Shown here one piece after another: positions 1-10,393 of a stretch of DNA of 64,000 nucleotides (the first letter of the stretch is position 1; every line of letters starts with the position of its first letter). This stretch comes from an uncultured Pseudomonadales bacterium (GTDB lineage: Bacteria > Patescibacteriota > Microgenomatia > UBA1400 > PJMF01). The translations under genes were made by a program, and so were the position numbers. The DNA lies in the NCBI GenBank assembly GCA_964511345.1, contig CAZEEV010000001.1, positions 220,342-284,341 on the forward strand, given 5' to 3'. The notes beneath the pieces were generated by a model. It searched no databases, was not told the origin of the DNA, and saw only the letters and a list, made by a program, of their open reading frames with translations.

Positions 1-1135
1 AACTAAACAAACAAATTTGTCTAGCCACTCTTGCTCCTTCTCGAGCATAGAGGACCGGATCGACCAAAAGATTGTATCCTTTTGCCTTTAATTTGTCAAT
101 TAAGCTCTCAAGAGAATAAATTCTTTTATCTGTTTGCACTTTTGGAAAGACAATGGCCACAACAGCCCCATCATTGAGAATATTAGCAAAAGCTTTAAAA
201 GAACCTAAATACATCTTTTCAAGGCCTTTAAAAACATTAGCTAGTTCTTGATCTTTTGGAGTTTGTTTGCCTAAAAATGGCTCAGTGACTAAAAGATCAA
301 CTTTTTTAGCGAAATTTTCTGGATTGATATGACTGGCATCCATATAAAAAACTTTACTTTCTATATCAATGGAGTATTCTTTTTTAAACCATTCCAAATT
401 ATCTCGAGTGCCAAAGACTGCATTCTGATCGATATCTGAACCATAAATATCTAAATGTCTCATGCCTGCCTCAAGTAAAACAGTGCCAGTGCCACAAAAT
501 GGATCGTAGAGTAGTGGTTTGCCAGTGTTTTTTTCCTGCCACAAGCCTAAAGCAATATTAACCATCATCCGAGCTACTTTAGGAGGTAGCATGCCTTTTT
601 TACGATCTGCATAGGGCTTGGCACGATCACGGTTAGTCCAATCATCAATGTCTTGAACACCTCTGATTTGAGCCAGCAACAACTTACCTTCTTCAATTAA
701 ATTAAAACTCAATAATTCAGTAGCCTCTGATTTATGAGAAAGTAATGCACTCTCACTTGGATCACCAGAGAAATAGCGAGCTTTTTTACCATTTTCTTTG
801 ATTAAATCTTTGATATCAGCGTTACTAATTGATTTTTGACCTTTGCCAATTTGGGTAAAAGTAAAATATGGCGCATCTGTCTGAGACAGTAACAAAGCCA
901 CTATCTCTTCAACCAGTTTTTCATCTTCGATTTGATTATCAATCTCTTTAACAATTTCAAACAACTTAACTGAACCGCCTAAAATACTGATCATCGAATT
1001 AGCTACATCAGAATCACCTTCAAAAAGGAAAAGGTGTTTGTCTAATTGAGTGAGAGGATAATCTTGATAAACAGATTCAAACTCTAATTTGGATAAAAGA
1101 GTGGTGTTACCAAAAAGAATTAGGAATTTAGACAT
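1..1135 (-). CDS. THUMP-domain class I SAM-dependent RNA methyltransferase (COG0116, RlmL/Trm14-like). The C-terminus runs off the window start.
   Basis: My reverse translation from the ATG at 1135-1133 gives MSKFLILFG... and later ...KKGMLPPKVARMMVNIALGLWQ...LLYDPFCGTGTVLLEAG. The DPFCGTGT motif I (SAM binding) plus the upstream LPPxxARMMVNIA segment is typical of COG0116. No stop is reached before position 1, which is why it is absent from the ORF track. Confidence 0.6.
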   Translation of the reverse strand, partial: MSKFLILFGNTTLLSKLEFESVYQDYPLTQLDKHLFLFEGDSDVANSMISILGGSVKLFEIVKEIDNQIEDEKLVEEIVALLLSQTDAPYFTFTQIGKGQKSISNADIKDLIKENGKKARYFSGDPSESALLSHKSEATELLSFNLIEEGKLLLAQIRGVQDIDDWTNRDRAKPYADRKKGMLPPKVARMMVNIALGLWQEKNTGKPLLYDPFCGTGTVLLEAGMRHLDIYGSDIDQNAVFGTRDNLEWFKKEYSIDIESKVFYMDASHINPENFAKKVDLLVTEPFLGKQTPKDQELANVFKGLEKMYLGSFKAFANILNDGAVVAIVFPKVQTDKRIYSLESLIDKLKAKGYNLLVDPVLYAREGARVARQICLFS

Positions 1136-1158
1136 AACGGACAGTTGAGTACTAATTC

Positions 1159-1473
1159 TTAAGCAATCTTAAGAACTTTGACAGTACTCTGATACTGGCG
1201 GTGACCTTGCACCTTACGGTATCTGGATTTAGATTTATATTTGGCGACACGAATTTTCTCGCCTTTTTGGCTGGAAACCAATTCACAAGAAACTTTAGCA
1301 CCATCGACTAGAGGCTGACCGACTTTACGATCTGCTTCGCTGACCACTAATAAAACATCACTGACATCAAATTTGCTGCCAACTTCTTTATCTAATTGAT
1401 CAACCAAAAATTCATCGCCTTCCTGGACCATGAATTGTTTTCCTTGTAATTGAATGATTGCGTACTTTGACAT
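1159..1473 (-). CDS. rplU: 50S ribosomal protein L21 (bL21)
   Basis: 104 aa. MSKYAIIQLQGKQFMVQEGDEF... matches the bL21 N-terminal pattern (MYAII..GGKQ..V), and the size fits. Confidence 0.9.
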   Translation of the reverse strand: MSKYAIIQLQGKQFMVQEGDEFLVDQLDKEVGSKFDVSDVLLVVSEADRKVGQPLVDGAKVSCELVSSQKGEKIRVAKYKSKSRYRKVQGHRQYQSTVKVLKIA

Positions 1474-1497
1474 AACGAGGTTGAATTATATCAGATA

Positions 1498-2592
1498 CTA
1501 ATAAAAAATGAAGTTTGGCTTTTTCTTAAAATTTTTAGCAATAGATTGAGCAATACCAAGAGCAAAAAATAAAGAAATAACACTACTGCCTCCATAAGAA
1601 AGAAATGGCAAAGTGATGCCGGTAATTGGCAAAATTGCTAAGTTCATACCTACATTAATAAAAATTTGTATCAAAAACATCATAAATAAAACCAATAAAT
1701 AAAGCTTCTCGCCAAAATCGTCTATTTTGTAAGCCAAAGATAAAAGAAAAAATAATAATAAAAAATATAAAGTAAGTAAAAAACTAGCCCCAACAAAACC
1801 CCATTCTTCAGCAAAAGAGGCAAAAATAAAGTCAGTTTGCCTCTCTGGCAAAAAGCGTAAATGTGATTGTACCCCCTGACCAATACCACGACCCCAAAAT
1901 TGACCGCTACCAACAGCAATCAAGGCTTGGCGCGCGTTATAAGCGCTACTGCTTTCTTTAACATCAGCTTGCAAATCAATTGAAGTTTGATGTAAATGTA
2001 AAAACCCTAACAGTCTATTTTTTTGATAATCTTTGAAAACCAAAAACCAAAGCGCCATTAAGGCCAAAAAACCTATAGAAAATAGGGTTAAAATTTGTTT
2101 AAAGTCGAGTTTATTAAAAAATAGAAAAATTGCTAAAGCAGCAGAAAAAACCAAAACCGTGCCGAAATCGGGCTCCAATAAAATTAAGATTGCCGGCAAA
2201 GAAATAATAGCCAAAGTTTGAATTAATAGTGACCAATTGAATTTTTGCTTCTTTTTGAAAAAATTAATCAGATACAAAGCAGTAATCGGCACCGCCAATT
2301 GAGAAGGTTGAAATTTAAAACCAAAAGGTAAAACTATCCAAGCAGAAATTCCTCTAGTAATTGAGCCATAAACCAATAGAAACAACAAAGACAGATTGAG
2401 AAATAGGTAAAGCCATTTGGATATTCCCACATGAAAAGTAAACGGCAACTTACTAGAGAGAAAGAAAACTGCAAAAGCCAGTCCAAAAGCAATCGCTTGC
2501 TTATAAAGCAAATTTGGCACAATGCTGCGCAGAGTCGTTAAAGACAACACTGCAAAAAGAAACAGTATTCCAAACAAAAAATATTTGCGCAT
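1498..2592 (-). CDS. SEDS family peptidoglycan glycosyltransferase (RodA/FtsW-like). This is the second SEDS gene in the window, outside the division cluster.
   Basis: 364 aa polytopic membrane protein with SEDS motifs: QTDFIFASFAEEWGFVG and PFLSYGGSSVISLF. Confidence 0.75.
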   Translation of the reverse strand: MRKYFLFGILFLFAVLSLTTLRSIVPNLLYKQAIAFGLAFAVFFLSSKLPFTFHVGISKWLYLFLNLSLLFLLVYGSITRGISAWIVLPFGFKFQPSQLAVPITALYLINFFKKKQKFNWSLLIQTLAIISLPAILILLEPDFGTVLVFSAALAIFLFFNKLDFKQILTLFSIGFLALMALWFLVFKDYQKNRLLGFLHLHQTSIDLQADVKESSSAYNARQALIAVGSGQFWGRGIGQGVQSHLRFLPERQTDFIFASFAEEWGFVGASFLLTLYFLLLFFLLSLAYKIDDFGEKLYLLVLFMMFLIQIFINVGMNLAILPITGITLPFLSYGGSSVISLFFALGIAQSIAKNFKKKPNFIFY

Positions 2593-2605
2593 TTATTTTT
2601 TTACT

Positions 2606-5479
2606 TTAATCAAGCAATAATTTTGTCTCTATACCTTGCTTAATTTTAGTATTGGTTTTATCTTCAATCTCTTGTTTAAAAGCCTCTGGCCAGTTAGCTA
2701 ACTGCAAATCAACAACTTGATTTACATCTAATTTGGCTTCTTTGCGCAGATCTTGAATCTGGCGGATCAACTCTCTAGCTTCGCCTTCTGCTTTCAATTC
2801 TGCGGTTAAATTGAAATCATAATCAACTTCCAAATCACCAGCTTCTTTTAACCACTCCACATTTTTAACATTAATTTCTGCCTTCAACAACTCTTCTAAT
2901 TCTTTACGATAAACCATTTTACCAAAACCACTAACCTTCAAGCTCACCAAAGGCTGACGAGCTTTAATTTGCTTAAGTTTACGCAAGGCGTGAGCTACCT
3001 CCACAATTTTGCGCAAAGTTGACATTGAGTTTTCTAACTCTAAATCAACAAATTGCTCTCGATATTGGGGAAAATCAGTTAAATGAATCGAGCTTTTTTC
3101 ATCGATCATATTATGGTGAATTAATTCCGTAAAAAATGGCACAATTGGCGCAAAAGCTTTAGCGATTTCGTACAGAACAGTCGCAAAAACTTGACTCACT
3201 TCTTGATTATCTTTAGCTTTGATTCTTTCTCTGGAAGAACGCAAATACCAAGTCGATAATTCATCAATAAATGGAGCCAATAAACGACTAGCTTTCATCA
3301 CATCATATCGATCTAATTGTGTTGTGAGTTCTCGAATTACACTCTGCAAACGACTCAAAATCCAACGATCTAATAAGTTGCTCGGTTTTTGGCCAGCTTC
3401 TAAATCAAAGAAGCCAGACTCTTGGTTGCCAAAAGTTTTGTAAAAAGCCAAAACATTCCACCAAATCACGAAAACTCGACGACGCAAATTAACTACATCT
3501 TTTTCTGCAAAATTAAGTGTCTCAGCTTTAACTGCTGGAGAAGACATTAAATAAAGACGTAGAGCATCAGCTCCATATTTTTCCAAAACTTCTCCTGGTT
3601 CTGGATAGTTTTTCAAGCGCTTGCTCATCTTCTTGCCATCTTCAGCCATAATCAAGCCAGTACACATGACGTTTTTGAAAGCGCTACTTTTTTTCTCACT
3701 AGTTAAAGTCAAAGCCGTAGCTAAAACATGCAAAGTATAAAACCAACCACGAGTCTGATCTTGTCCTTCAGAAATAAAATCAGCTGGGAAGGAACGCTTG
3801 AAGGCCTCTTGATTAGCAAAAGGAAAATGCAACTCACCATAAGGCATAGAGCCTGATTCAAACCAGCAGTCCAGAACTTCTGGAATATGACGGTAAGTCT
3901 TACCATCTTTTTTAAACTCGATTTTATCGACGATGTGTTTATGCAAATCGCTAACTTTTTGACCAGAAAGTTGTTCCAACTCTTCAGCAGAACCAACACA
4001 AATAAAATCGCCAGCTTCACTTTCCCAAACTGGCAGAGGAGTACCCCAATAACGATTGCGTGAAATCGCCCAATCTCTGGCTCCTTCTAACCATTTACCA
4101 AAACGACCATGTTTAATATGATCTGGCTCCCAGTTAATCTTTTCATTATTAGCTAACAATTGATCCTTAAAAGAACTGACTTTAACGTACCAACTATCAG
4201 TTGCGTAGTTAAGGAGTGGGGTATCACAACGCCAACAGTGTGGATAGCTGTGCTCAATTTTCTTCTTAGCAAAAAGATTACCATGAGTTGCTAGATATTT
4301 AATGATTTCTATGTCTATTCCCTGAGGATTATCTTTTGGTTTGACTTCCATGCCTGCAAAATCAGTCACCTGGTTAATAAAACGACCATCCATACCTACG
4401 TGTTGTAGCAACTCGATACCTTCAGCTTTGCCAACGTTGTAATCGTCTTCACCAAAAGCAGGTGCGATGTGCACAATTCCAGTTCCATCATCTAAAGTCA
4501 CAAAGTCTCCAGCAACAACACGAAAAGCATTACTCCATTTAGCAAAATAGGGAAAAATTGGCTCATAAGTCAAACCAACTAACTGGCTACCTTTAAAACT
4601 CTGGCCAATTATTTCAAATTTTTTATCCGCCATGACTTCTAATAGGCGTTCTTTGGCTATTACAAATAAACCATTTTCTTCCTCAACTTTAACTAAAACA
4701 TAATCTAAATCTGCACCAACTGCTAACAACACATTACCTGGTAGTGTCCAAGGAGTAGTTGTCCAAGCTACAGCGTAAATTGATTCATTAGTATCGACGC
4801 CTAGTTTTGTGATGGCACCATGTAATTTAAATTTAGCAAAAACCGAAATATCTTTAACATCCTTATAGCCCTGAGTCACTTCGAAATTTGACAAAGGCGT
4901 GCCACAACGAGGACAGATGTGCATGGATTTGTGACTTTTGTAAATTAAGCCTTTATCCCACAGTTGACGGAAGACCCACCAAACTGTTTCCATAAAATCT
5001 TTGTCCATAGTTTTATAAGCGTGATCCATATCAATCCAACGCCCAATGCGACGAATAGTTTTTTTCCATTCTTCCGCATAAGTTAAAACTGTTTGACGAC
5101 AAGCTTCATTAAATTTATCAACTCCATAGCCTTCAATGTCTTTCTTACTATCTAGATTCAATTCTTTTTCGATAATGTTTTCGACAGGTAAACCATGACA
5201 ATCCCAACCCCAAACACGACGGACTCTTTTACCTTTCATCGTCTGGTAACGAGGAATAAGATCCTTGATGATTGATTGCATTAAATGACCATAGTGAGGT
5301 AAACCAGTCGCAAATGGAGGACCATCATAGAAAGAGAATGAGTTGTCGACGCTTCTTTGATCAATTGATTTTTGAAAAGTTTGATCATCATCCCAAAACT
5401 GAAGAGTTTCACTTTCTAACTCTGGAAGGTTTGGTACTTGTTTAAAATCTGTAATTTTCATTTTTTCCTTATGAACCAT
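2606..5479 (-). CDS. ileS: Isoleucyl-tRNA synthetase, type 2 (eukaryote/archaeal-like)
   Basis: 957 aa. The HIGH region FYDGPPFATGLPHYGHL is characteristic of IleRS type 2, and a KMSKR (KMSKS) motif is present. It is preceded by a T-box leader. Confidence 0.9.
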   Translation of the reverse strand: MVHKEKMKITDFKQVPNLPELESETLQFWDDDQTFQKSIDQRSVDNSFSFYDGPPFATGLPHYGHLMQSIIKDLIPRYQTMKGKRVRRVWGWDCHGLPVENIIEKELNLDSKKDIEGYGVDKFNEACRQTVLTYAEEWKKTIRRIGRWIDMDHAYKTMDKDFMETVWWVFRQLWDKGLIYKSHKSMHICPRCGTPLSNFEVTQGYKDVKDISVFAKFKLHGAITKLGVDTNESIYAVAWTTTPWTLPGNVLLAVGADLDYVLVKVEEENGLFVIAKERLLEVMADKKFEIIGQSFKGSQLVGLTYEPIFPYFAKWSNAFRVVAGDFVTLDDGTGIVHIAPAFGEDDYNVGKAEGIELLQHVGMDGRFINQVTDFAGMEVKPKDNPQGIDIEIIKYLATHGNLFAKKKIEHSYPHCWRCDTPLLNYATDSWYVKVSSFKDQLLANNEKINWEPDHIKHGRFGKWLEGARDWAISRNRYWGTPLPVWESEAGDFICVGSAEELEQLSGQKVSDLHKHIVDKIEFKKDGKTYRHIPEVLDCWFESGSMPYGELHFPFANQEAFKRSFPADFISEGQDQTRGWFYTLHVLATALTLTSEKKSSAFKNVMCTGLIMAEDGKKMSKRLKNYPEPGEVLEKYGADALRLYLMSSPAVKAETLNFAEKDVVNLRRRVFVIWWNVLAFYKTFGNQESGFFDLEAGQKPSNLLDRWILSRLQSVIRELTTQLDRYDVMKASRLLAPFIDELSTWYLRSSRERIKAKDNQEVSQVFATVLYEIAKAFAPIVPFFTELIHHNMIDEKSSIHLTDFPQYREQFVDLELENSMSTLRKIVEVAHALRKLKQIKARQPLVSLKVSGFGKMVYRKELEELLKAEINVKNVEWLKEAGDLEVDYDFNLTAELKAEGEARELIRQIQDLRKEAKLDVNQVVDLQLANWPEAFKQEIEDKTNTKIKQGIETKLLLD

Positions 5480-5698
5480 GGTATTCTTACTACTAAAAAA
5501 GCCTGCTCAAAAACGAAATTTTTATCGTTTTTAAGCAGGCTCATCTTTTTACTAGACGAAGGTACCAGCCTTGCTAATACTTGATTTGGAGTGATTACGG
5601 GCTCAACCGATCTGGTTTACTCACTTTTTCATTTCAAAAAAGTTTTCTGCAGACACCTCACCGTGGATAGCGGCTAAAAAGGTTTTAAATACTAAGGA
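5480..5698 (-). promoter_or_regulatory. T-box riboswitch leader (Ile-specific) controlling ileS
   Basis: The minus-strand RNA contains ...UAUUAGCAAGGCUGGUACCUUCGUC.... Helix A1 AGGCU/AGCCU, the 7-nt bulge UGGUACC (UGGU would pair with the tRNA-Ile ACCA end) and helix A2 CGUC/GAUG form a canonical antiterminator that competes with the downstream terminator. An upstream stem contains AUC followed by a purine (rc of plus 5609-5611) as a candidate specifier. Leader length about 220 nt. Confidence 0.6.
5500..5541 (-). terminator. Intrinsic terminator hairpin of the ileS T-box leader. It probably also ends the ftsZ transcript.
   Basis: On the minus strand AGCCUGCUUAAAAACGA-loop-UCGUUUUUGAGCAGGCU is followed by UUUUUU, sitting 20 nt upstream of the ileS AUG. 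The 5' arm overlaps the antiterminator 3' strand. Confidence 0.7.
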
Positions 5699-5699
5699 A

Positions 5700-5728
5700 A
5701 TTATATTTTGAACCCTGTCTTTTTGCAA
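5700..5728 (-). promoter_or_regulatory. Sigma-70-like promoter for the ileS leader
   Basis: On the minus strand: TTGCAA (plus 5723-5728), a 17-nt spacer, then TATAAT (plus 5700-5705). Confidence 0.5.
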
Positions 5729-5782
5729 AAGCAAAAAGCAGATGGTGCAAAAGATGCTGTGCATAACACGAAAGAAAAAAGA

Positions 5783-7084
5783 TTATCTATCTCGCAAAAA
5801 AGCTGGAACATCAAATTCTGCAAACTCATCTTCTGTTTCAACATCTTCTTTTTTATCACTTTGATCATCGCGCTTTTTTTCATCTTTTTTACGTAAATTG
5901 AAGAGAGCTGACCTGACAAAAGGATTATGACTTTCCTCTTCAACCTCTTCCTTCTTAGGCTTTGCGGTTACTATTTGTGGCTGAGTAAAACCACTGGGAG
6001 TGCGATCAATTTTGTCTTCCTCAACTTCCTCATCTGACTTTTTATAAGTCGCGGTGGGGCCACTCATTTTACGGCGAGATTCTCGACTATAAGCTCCGAA
6101 CATCGCTCGTGGACCAGAACCAGAATAGCTATCGCCAAAACCTGTAGCAATGACACTAATTTTAATTTTGGAACCCATATTTTCGTCGATTGTGGCACCG
6201 AAAATAATATTGGCATCTGGATCAGCACTATCAGCAATCACCGCCGAAGCATCTGAGATTTCACTCATCGCCATATCTGGACCACCAGTAATGTTGTAAA
6301 GAATACCCTTGGCCCCATCGATGGAAATTTCTAAGAGTGGGGAAGAAACAGCCATGCGAGCAGCCACTACAGCGCGATCTTCACCAGAAGCTTCACCAAT
6401 ACCCATTAGGGCAGAACCAGAATCAACCATAATTGTTTTTACGTCAGCAAAATCAACATTGATCATACCGGCAATAGTAATTAAGTCGGAAATACCTTTC
6501 ACACCTTGTCCAAGTACATTATCAGCTAAACGGAAGGCATCGATAAAAGTCATTTTCTTATCAATCACTTCTAATAAGCGTTGATTAGGAATAACAATTA
6601 AAGTATCAACAGTGTCAGTTAAAGCCTCAATACCCTCATCAGCGGTTTGCATACGACGAATACCTTCAAAAGCAAAAGGTTTGGTGACGACAGCCACAGT
6701 CAGCGCACCCGCTTCTTTGGCGATTTCGGCGATAATTGGAGCAGCACCTGTACCAGTGCCACCACCCATACCAGCGGTGATAAAAACCATATCAGTATCA
6801 AAGAGCAAATCTTTGAGTTTCTCACGACTTTCTTCAGCAGCGGTGCGACCAACTTCTGGGTCGGCACCAGCGCCCAAACCTCTGGTAAAATTGCTACCAA
6901 TTTGCATTTTGGTTTCTGCTTTGGAGGTTAAAAGAGCCTGAGCATCAGTATTAACTGTAATAAATTCCACCCCATTAATTTGCTTGGAAAGAATCATGGA
7001 ATTGACAGCATTGCTACCGCCACCGCCCACACCGATCACTTTAATTTTGGCAAAAGTAGTATTTGAAGGTTTAACGAGTCCCAT
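5783..7084 (-). CDS. ftsZ: Cell division GTPase FtsZ
   Basis: The [13 protein letters not shown] tubulin signature and an acidic disordered C-terminal tail. Confidence 0.95.
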   Translation of the reverse strand: MGLVKPSNTTFAKIKVIGVGGGGSNAVNSMILSKQINGVEFITVNTDAQALLTSKAETKMQIGSNFTRGLGAGADPEVGRTAAEESREKLKDLLFDTDMVFITAGMGGGTGTGAAPIIAEIAKEAGALTVAVVTKPFAFEGIRRMQTADEGIEALTDTVDTLIVIPNQRLLEVIDKKMTFIDAFRLADNVLGQGVKGISDLITIAGMINVDFADVKTIMVDSGSALMGIGEASGEDRAVVAARMAVSSPLLEISIDGAKGILYNITGGPDMAMSEISDASAVIADSADPDANIIFGATIDENMGSKIKISVIATGFGDSYSGSGPRAMFGAYSRESRRKMSGPTATYKKSDEEVEEDKIDRTPSGFTQPQIVTAKPKKEEVEEESHNPFVRSALFNLRKKDEKKRDDQSDKKEDVETEDEFAEFDVPAFLRDR

Positions 7085-7177
7085 GGTTTTTAGTCTTTCT
7101 TAAGATATCAAACTACAACATAAATTAGCTGATTTTTCCTAAAAAGTAAACTGGCAATAATCAAATTGAAGTTTATT

Positions 7178-8488
7178 TTAAGGCAAAATCGATTTAGTTG
7201 ATTTTTTTAATTTATCAAAAACATTTTTAAATAAATCTTTCGGTAAAAGAGCCTGCCAATTAAAATCTTCACTTACTGCCGTCACATTACCTTGCTTCAG
7301 AGCATAATCCAACAAACCAACTGAAACCGCAAAATTAGGTTTTTTAATATCCTCAGTCAAACCTTCAATTTCCTCTGGATACGCCACTCTCACCGGCAAA
7401 TTACTAACTTTTTTGGCCACCTCTGTCAAAGCAGCAGTCATGGCACCACCTCCAGTTAAAACCAAACCGGCTGGAATTTTATTGTCTGTCAGTAAATCCG
7501 CTTTTTCTAACTCTTGCATCACTAAACGAAAGATTTCTCTGACGCGAGGTTCCATAATTCCACTAGTGAGAGTTTTTTTAGATAGAAAATCGTTATGACT
7601 AATTCCAACTTTTTCTGGATCAATTAAATCCAATTTACGCTTTCTCTTGGTAAAATCTGCTTTCGATTCACCAGGATAAGGTTTTAAATCGTCAACGCCA
7701 TTATCAGTTAAATAAAGCTTAAGTTTTTCTGCATCGTCCATGGGAATACGACAGCCCAAGGCAATATCTTGAGTAATATGTTTAGCACCAATCGGCAAAA
7801 CCGCTGAAAAAGCTAAAGTTCCTTCAACATAAGCTACCATACTGGTCGTGCCAGCTCCAATGTCGACTAGAACCGCTCCTAATTCTTTTTCAGTCTCAGT
7901 TAGAGCAATTTGTGAAGCAGCTAGAGCAGAGAAAACAAAAGCATCAACTTTAATGCCCATATCGTTAATACATTTCTCTAAATTACGCATTGCCGTAGTT
8001 AAACCAGTAATAATATGTGCTTCAGCCTCCAGTCTGACTCCGGTCATCCCAACGGGATCTTTAACTCCATCCTGAGAATCAACTTTAAAATCTTTAGGAA
8101 TGACGTGGATAATTTCACGATCAGCTGGCATGGATACTGCTCTGGCAGCTTCGATCACTCGATCAACATCACTGTGAGTAATTTCTTGATCGCTAGCGGC
8201 CACTGCCACCACCCCTCTGGAATTCTTATATTTAATATGTACTCCAGAAATAGACACCACTGCATTTTTCACACTAAAACCAGCCATTCTTTCTGCTGCA
8301 TCCAAACCTTGACTCATAGTGTTAAGCACTTGTTCTAAATCAATAATCATGCTGCGCTTCATGCCTCTGGCAGGCACCACTGAGAAGCCTAGCACCTGTA
8401 ATTTATTACTTTCTGTTACCCGAGAAATTAGGGTTGTGCATTTATCACTTCCCAAATCTATGGCTGTTATCACTTGTTCTTTACTCAT
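7178..8488 (-). CDS. ftsA: Cell division protein FtsA (actin-like ATPase)
   Basis: 436 aa. N-terminal AIDLGSDK, actin-fold motifs (DIGAGTT, LTGGGA), and a position immediately upstream of ftsZ. Confidence 0.9.
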   Translation of the reverse strand: MSKEQVITAIDLGSDKCTTLISRVTESNKLQVLGFSVVPARGMKRSMIIDLEQVLNTMSQGLDAAERMAGFSVKNAVVSISGVHIKYKNSRGVVAVAASDQEITHSDVDRVIEAARAVSMPADREIIHVIPKDFKVDSQDGVKDPVGMTGVRLEAEAHIITGLTTAMRNLEKCINDMGIKVDAFVFSALAASQIALTETEKELGAVLVDIGAGTTSMVAYVEGTLAFSAVLPIGAKHITQDIALGCRIPMDDAEKLKLYLTDNGVDDLKPYPGESKADFTKRKRKLDLIDPEKVGISHNDFLSKKTLTSGIMEPRVREIFRLVMQELEKADLLTDNKIPAGLVLTGGGAMTAALTEVAKKVSNLPVRVAYPEEIEGLTEDIKKPNFAVSVGLLDYALKQGNVTAVSEDFNWQALLPKDLFKNVFDKLKKSTKSILP

Positions 8489-8540
8489 ATATTTTTACTT
8501 CACTCTCATCATAAACTATACAAAATTTTGGAGATAATGT

Positions 8541-9233
8541 CTATTCTTTTAACACTGGCAGATTAAAACGCATATCAAGAATTTTTTTAGTGGGCAAAAT
8601 AGTTTTTAATTCTTCTTTTTTCAAAATCAAAGCTAAGCGTTCTACTTGATAAGCAAAGTCTTTAGTGTTGTCCATAATAACCTCTATTTGATCAAGATAG
8701 AGATATATTTCTGAATCATTTTGCCAAACAATTTTTTTACTTATAATTTGTTGTTTATTTAAAGCCTGACTTAAAGCCAAAAATTGTTGATGATAGCCAT
8801 CTTCAAGATAGCCGTGTTGTTTGATACTCGGATCACCCATAAACTCTATGCTGGGTAAAGTTAAGCGTTCTTGATTATCTTTTAATTTGTTGCTCTGATT
8901 GAGTAAATATTGCTCTGAACCGATAACCAAACGATAATCTGGTAATTTGGCAATCAATGATAAATTAGCTGTTCCTGTCATGGATTTTTTAATTTTTTGA
9001 TATTGATAAACTTGACTAAATTGTTGATTACCAAGTAATTCTTCCCATACAGATTCATTTTCTAGATCAGTAAAAAATAAGGATTTCCCTTTTAATCGAT
9101 CATTTATTAATTCGCACACTCCAGTTTCTATGGTATTGCTCTCTAACAAACAATTAATTTTTCTGAAAACAAAAACGAAACGAAATAATAAAAAAAGAAT
9201 TAATAAAAAAATAACAAATCTCAGAATTTTCAC
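8541..9233 (-). CDS. FtsQ/DivIB-like cell division protein (single N-terminal TM; called by synteny)
   Basis: 230 aa with one N-terminal TM helix and an extracytoplasmic domain. It lies between murG and ftsA, where ftsQ normally sits. There is no strong motif evidence. Confidence 0.45.
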   Translation of the reverse strand: MKILRFVIFLLILFLLFRFVFVFRKINCLLESNTIETGVCELINDRLKGKSLFFTDLENESVWEELLGNQQFSQVYQYQKIKKSMTGTANLSLIAKLPDYRLVIGSEQYLLNQSNKLKDNQERLTLPSIEFMGDPSIKQHGYLEDGYHQQFLALSQALNKQQIISKKIVWQNDSEIYLYLDQIEVIMDNTKDFAYQVERLALILKKEELKTILPTKKILDMRFNLPVLKE

Positions 9234-9235
9234 AA

Positions 9236-10372
9236 TTAAGCTGTTTCTTTATGCTTGTTTTGGTAAGTAGTTACTAAAAGTTGATAAAGCTTAGAACTTG
9301 CATTTTGATAAAGACTGTTTTTAGCTAGGCTTAAACGCATCTCTTTGTAATTTTTTTCTAAAAATTCAACACTATCAAGAAAAGTAACATTATTTAATTT
9401 TGTCTGTTGTAAAATTAGAGCACCGTTTACCTTCTGCATCGCCAACGCATTAGCTAATTGTTCATTTTGATAAGCATTTGCTAAGGGAATCAGAATAGCT
9501 GGCAAGGGAGCAAGAGATAATTCTAAAACTGCATTAGCGCCAGATCTAGAAATGGCAAATTTAGCATGTTGATAAATCCAAAACAAATCTTCTGCTTCAA
9601 TCCATTCTTTGACAAAATACCTCTCTCGTAAAGCCTTGGGCAGATGAGATTTAATTTCATCTAACTCCTTAAAAGAATCCTTAATTTTGTTGGCGCGACC
9701 ACATTGATGAATAATGCAATATTTTGTTAAAAGTTTTTCTAAATTATTTTTAATTAAATCATTAATCACAAAAGAACCTTGATTGCCACCCATGATTAAC
9801 AATAAGTCTTTCGCTGAAGTTGGCAGCCACTTAGGTCTTTTCAAATCTTTGGCAAATAATCTGGCCCTAATCGGATTACCAGTTAAAACCACATCTGATC
9901 TTTTTAAATACTGCTTAGTTTCTTCATAAGAAATCGCCACTTTATCTGCAATACCAGCAATAAATTTATTGGCTTTACCTAAAACCACTGTTTGCTCGTG
10001 AGTTATTACAGCAATACCCAAACTCTTAGCGGCAATAGCAAAGGGCACTGCTAAATAAGAACCAAAGGATAAGAATAAATCGATTTTTTCAGCTAATAAA
10101 ATTTTACGAGCTCTAGCAACAGTGCGCGGAAACATTAAAAAAGCACTAACTCGACTCAACAAAGAATAATTAACAAATTTAGCCGCTGTGAAAGGAATGA
10201 ATTTAACACCTCTTTTTTCCACCTCTTCTTTTTCAATTGCTTTCTGGCCAAGTTTCTCTTGACTATATAAACGACCAACAAAAAATAGCTGATGTTCTGA
10301 ATGATTGGCTTGAATGAAATCAATCATCGCTAAGGCCGGAGTTAAATGAGCACCACTAAATAAAATTCTCAT
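9236..10372 (-). CDS. murG: MurG, lipid I to lipid II GlcNAc transferase (undecaprenyl-PP-MurNAc-pentapeptide-UDPGlcNAc GlcNAc transferase)
   Basis: 378 aa. MGGNQGSFVIN (GGSQGA-like) and the C-terminal SRSGANAVLELSLAPLPAILIPL...NEQLANA match the MurG GT28 C-terminal domain. Confidence 0.85.
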   Translation of the reverse strand: MRILFSGAHLTPALAMIDFIQANHSEHQLFFVGRLYSQEKLGQKAIEKEEVEKRGVKFIPFTAAKFVNYSLLSRVSAFLMFPRTVARARKILLAEKIDLFLSFGSYLAVPFAIAAKSLGIAVITHEQTVVLGKANKFIAGIADKVAISYEETKQYLKRSDVVLTGNPIRARLFAKDLKRPKWLPTSAKDLLLIMGGNQGSFVINDLIKNNLEKLLTKYCIIHQCGRANKIKDSFKELDEIKSHLPKALRERYFVKEWIEAEDLFWIYQHAKFAISRSGANAVLELSLAPLPAILIPLANAYQNEQLANALAMQKVNGALILQQTKLNNVTFLDSVEFLEKNYKEMRLSLAKNSLYQNASSKLYQLLVTTYQNKHKETA

Positions 10373-10393
10373 ATTTCTATTTCTTAAGCATTA

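Noticed and set aside
6309-8537. Multiple 60-110-aa ORFs antisense to ftsZ and ftsA (e.g. 6612-6941, 8015-8338)
   Set aside because: They are fully nested in the opposite strand of well-supported conserved genes. This is a typical antisense artefact of Gly/Ala-rich coding sequence.
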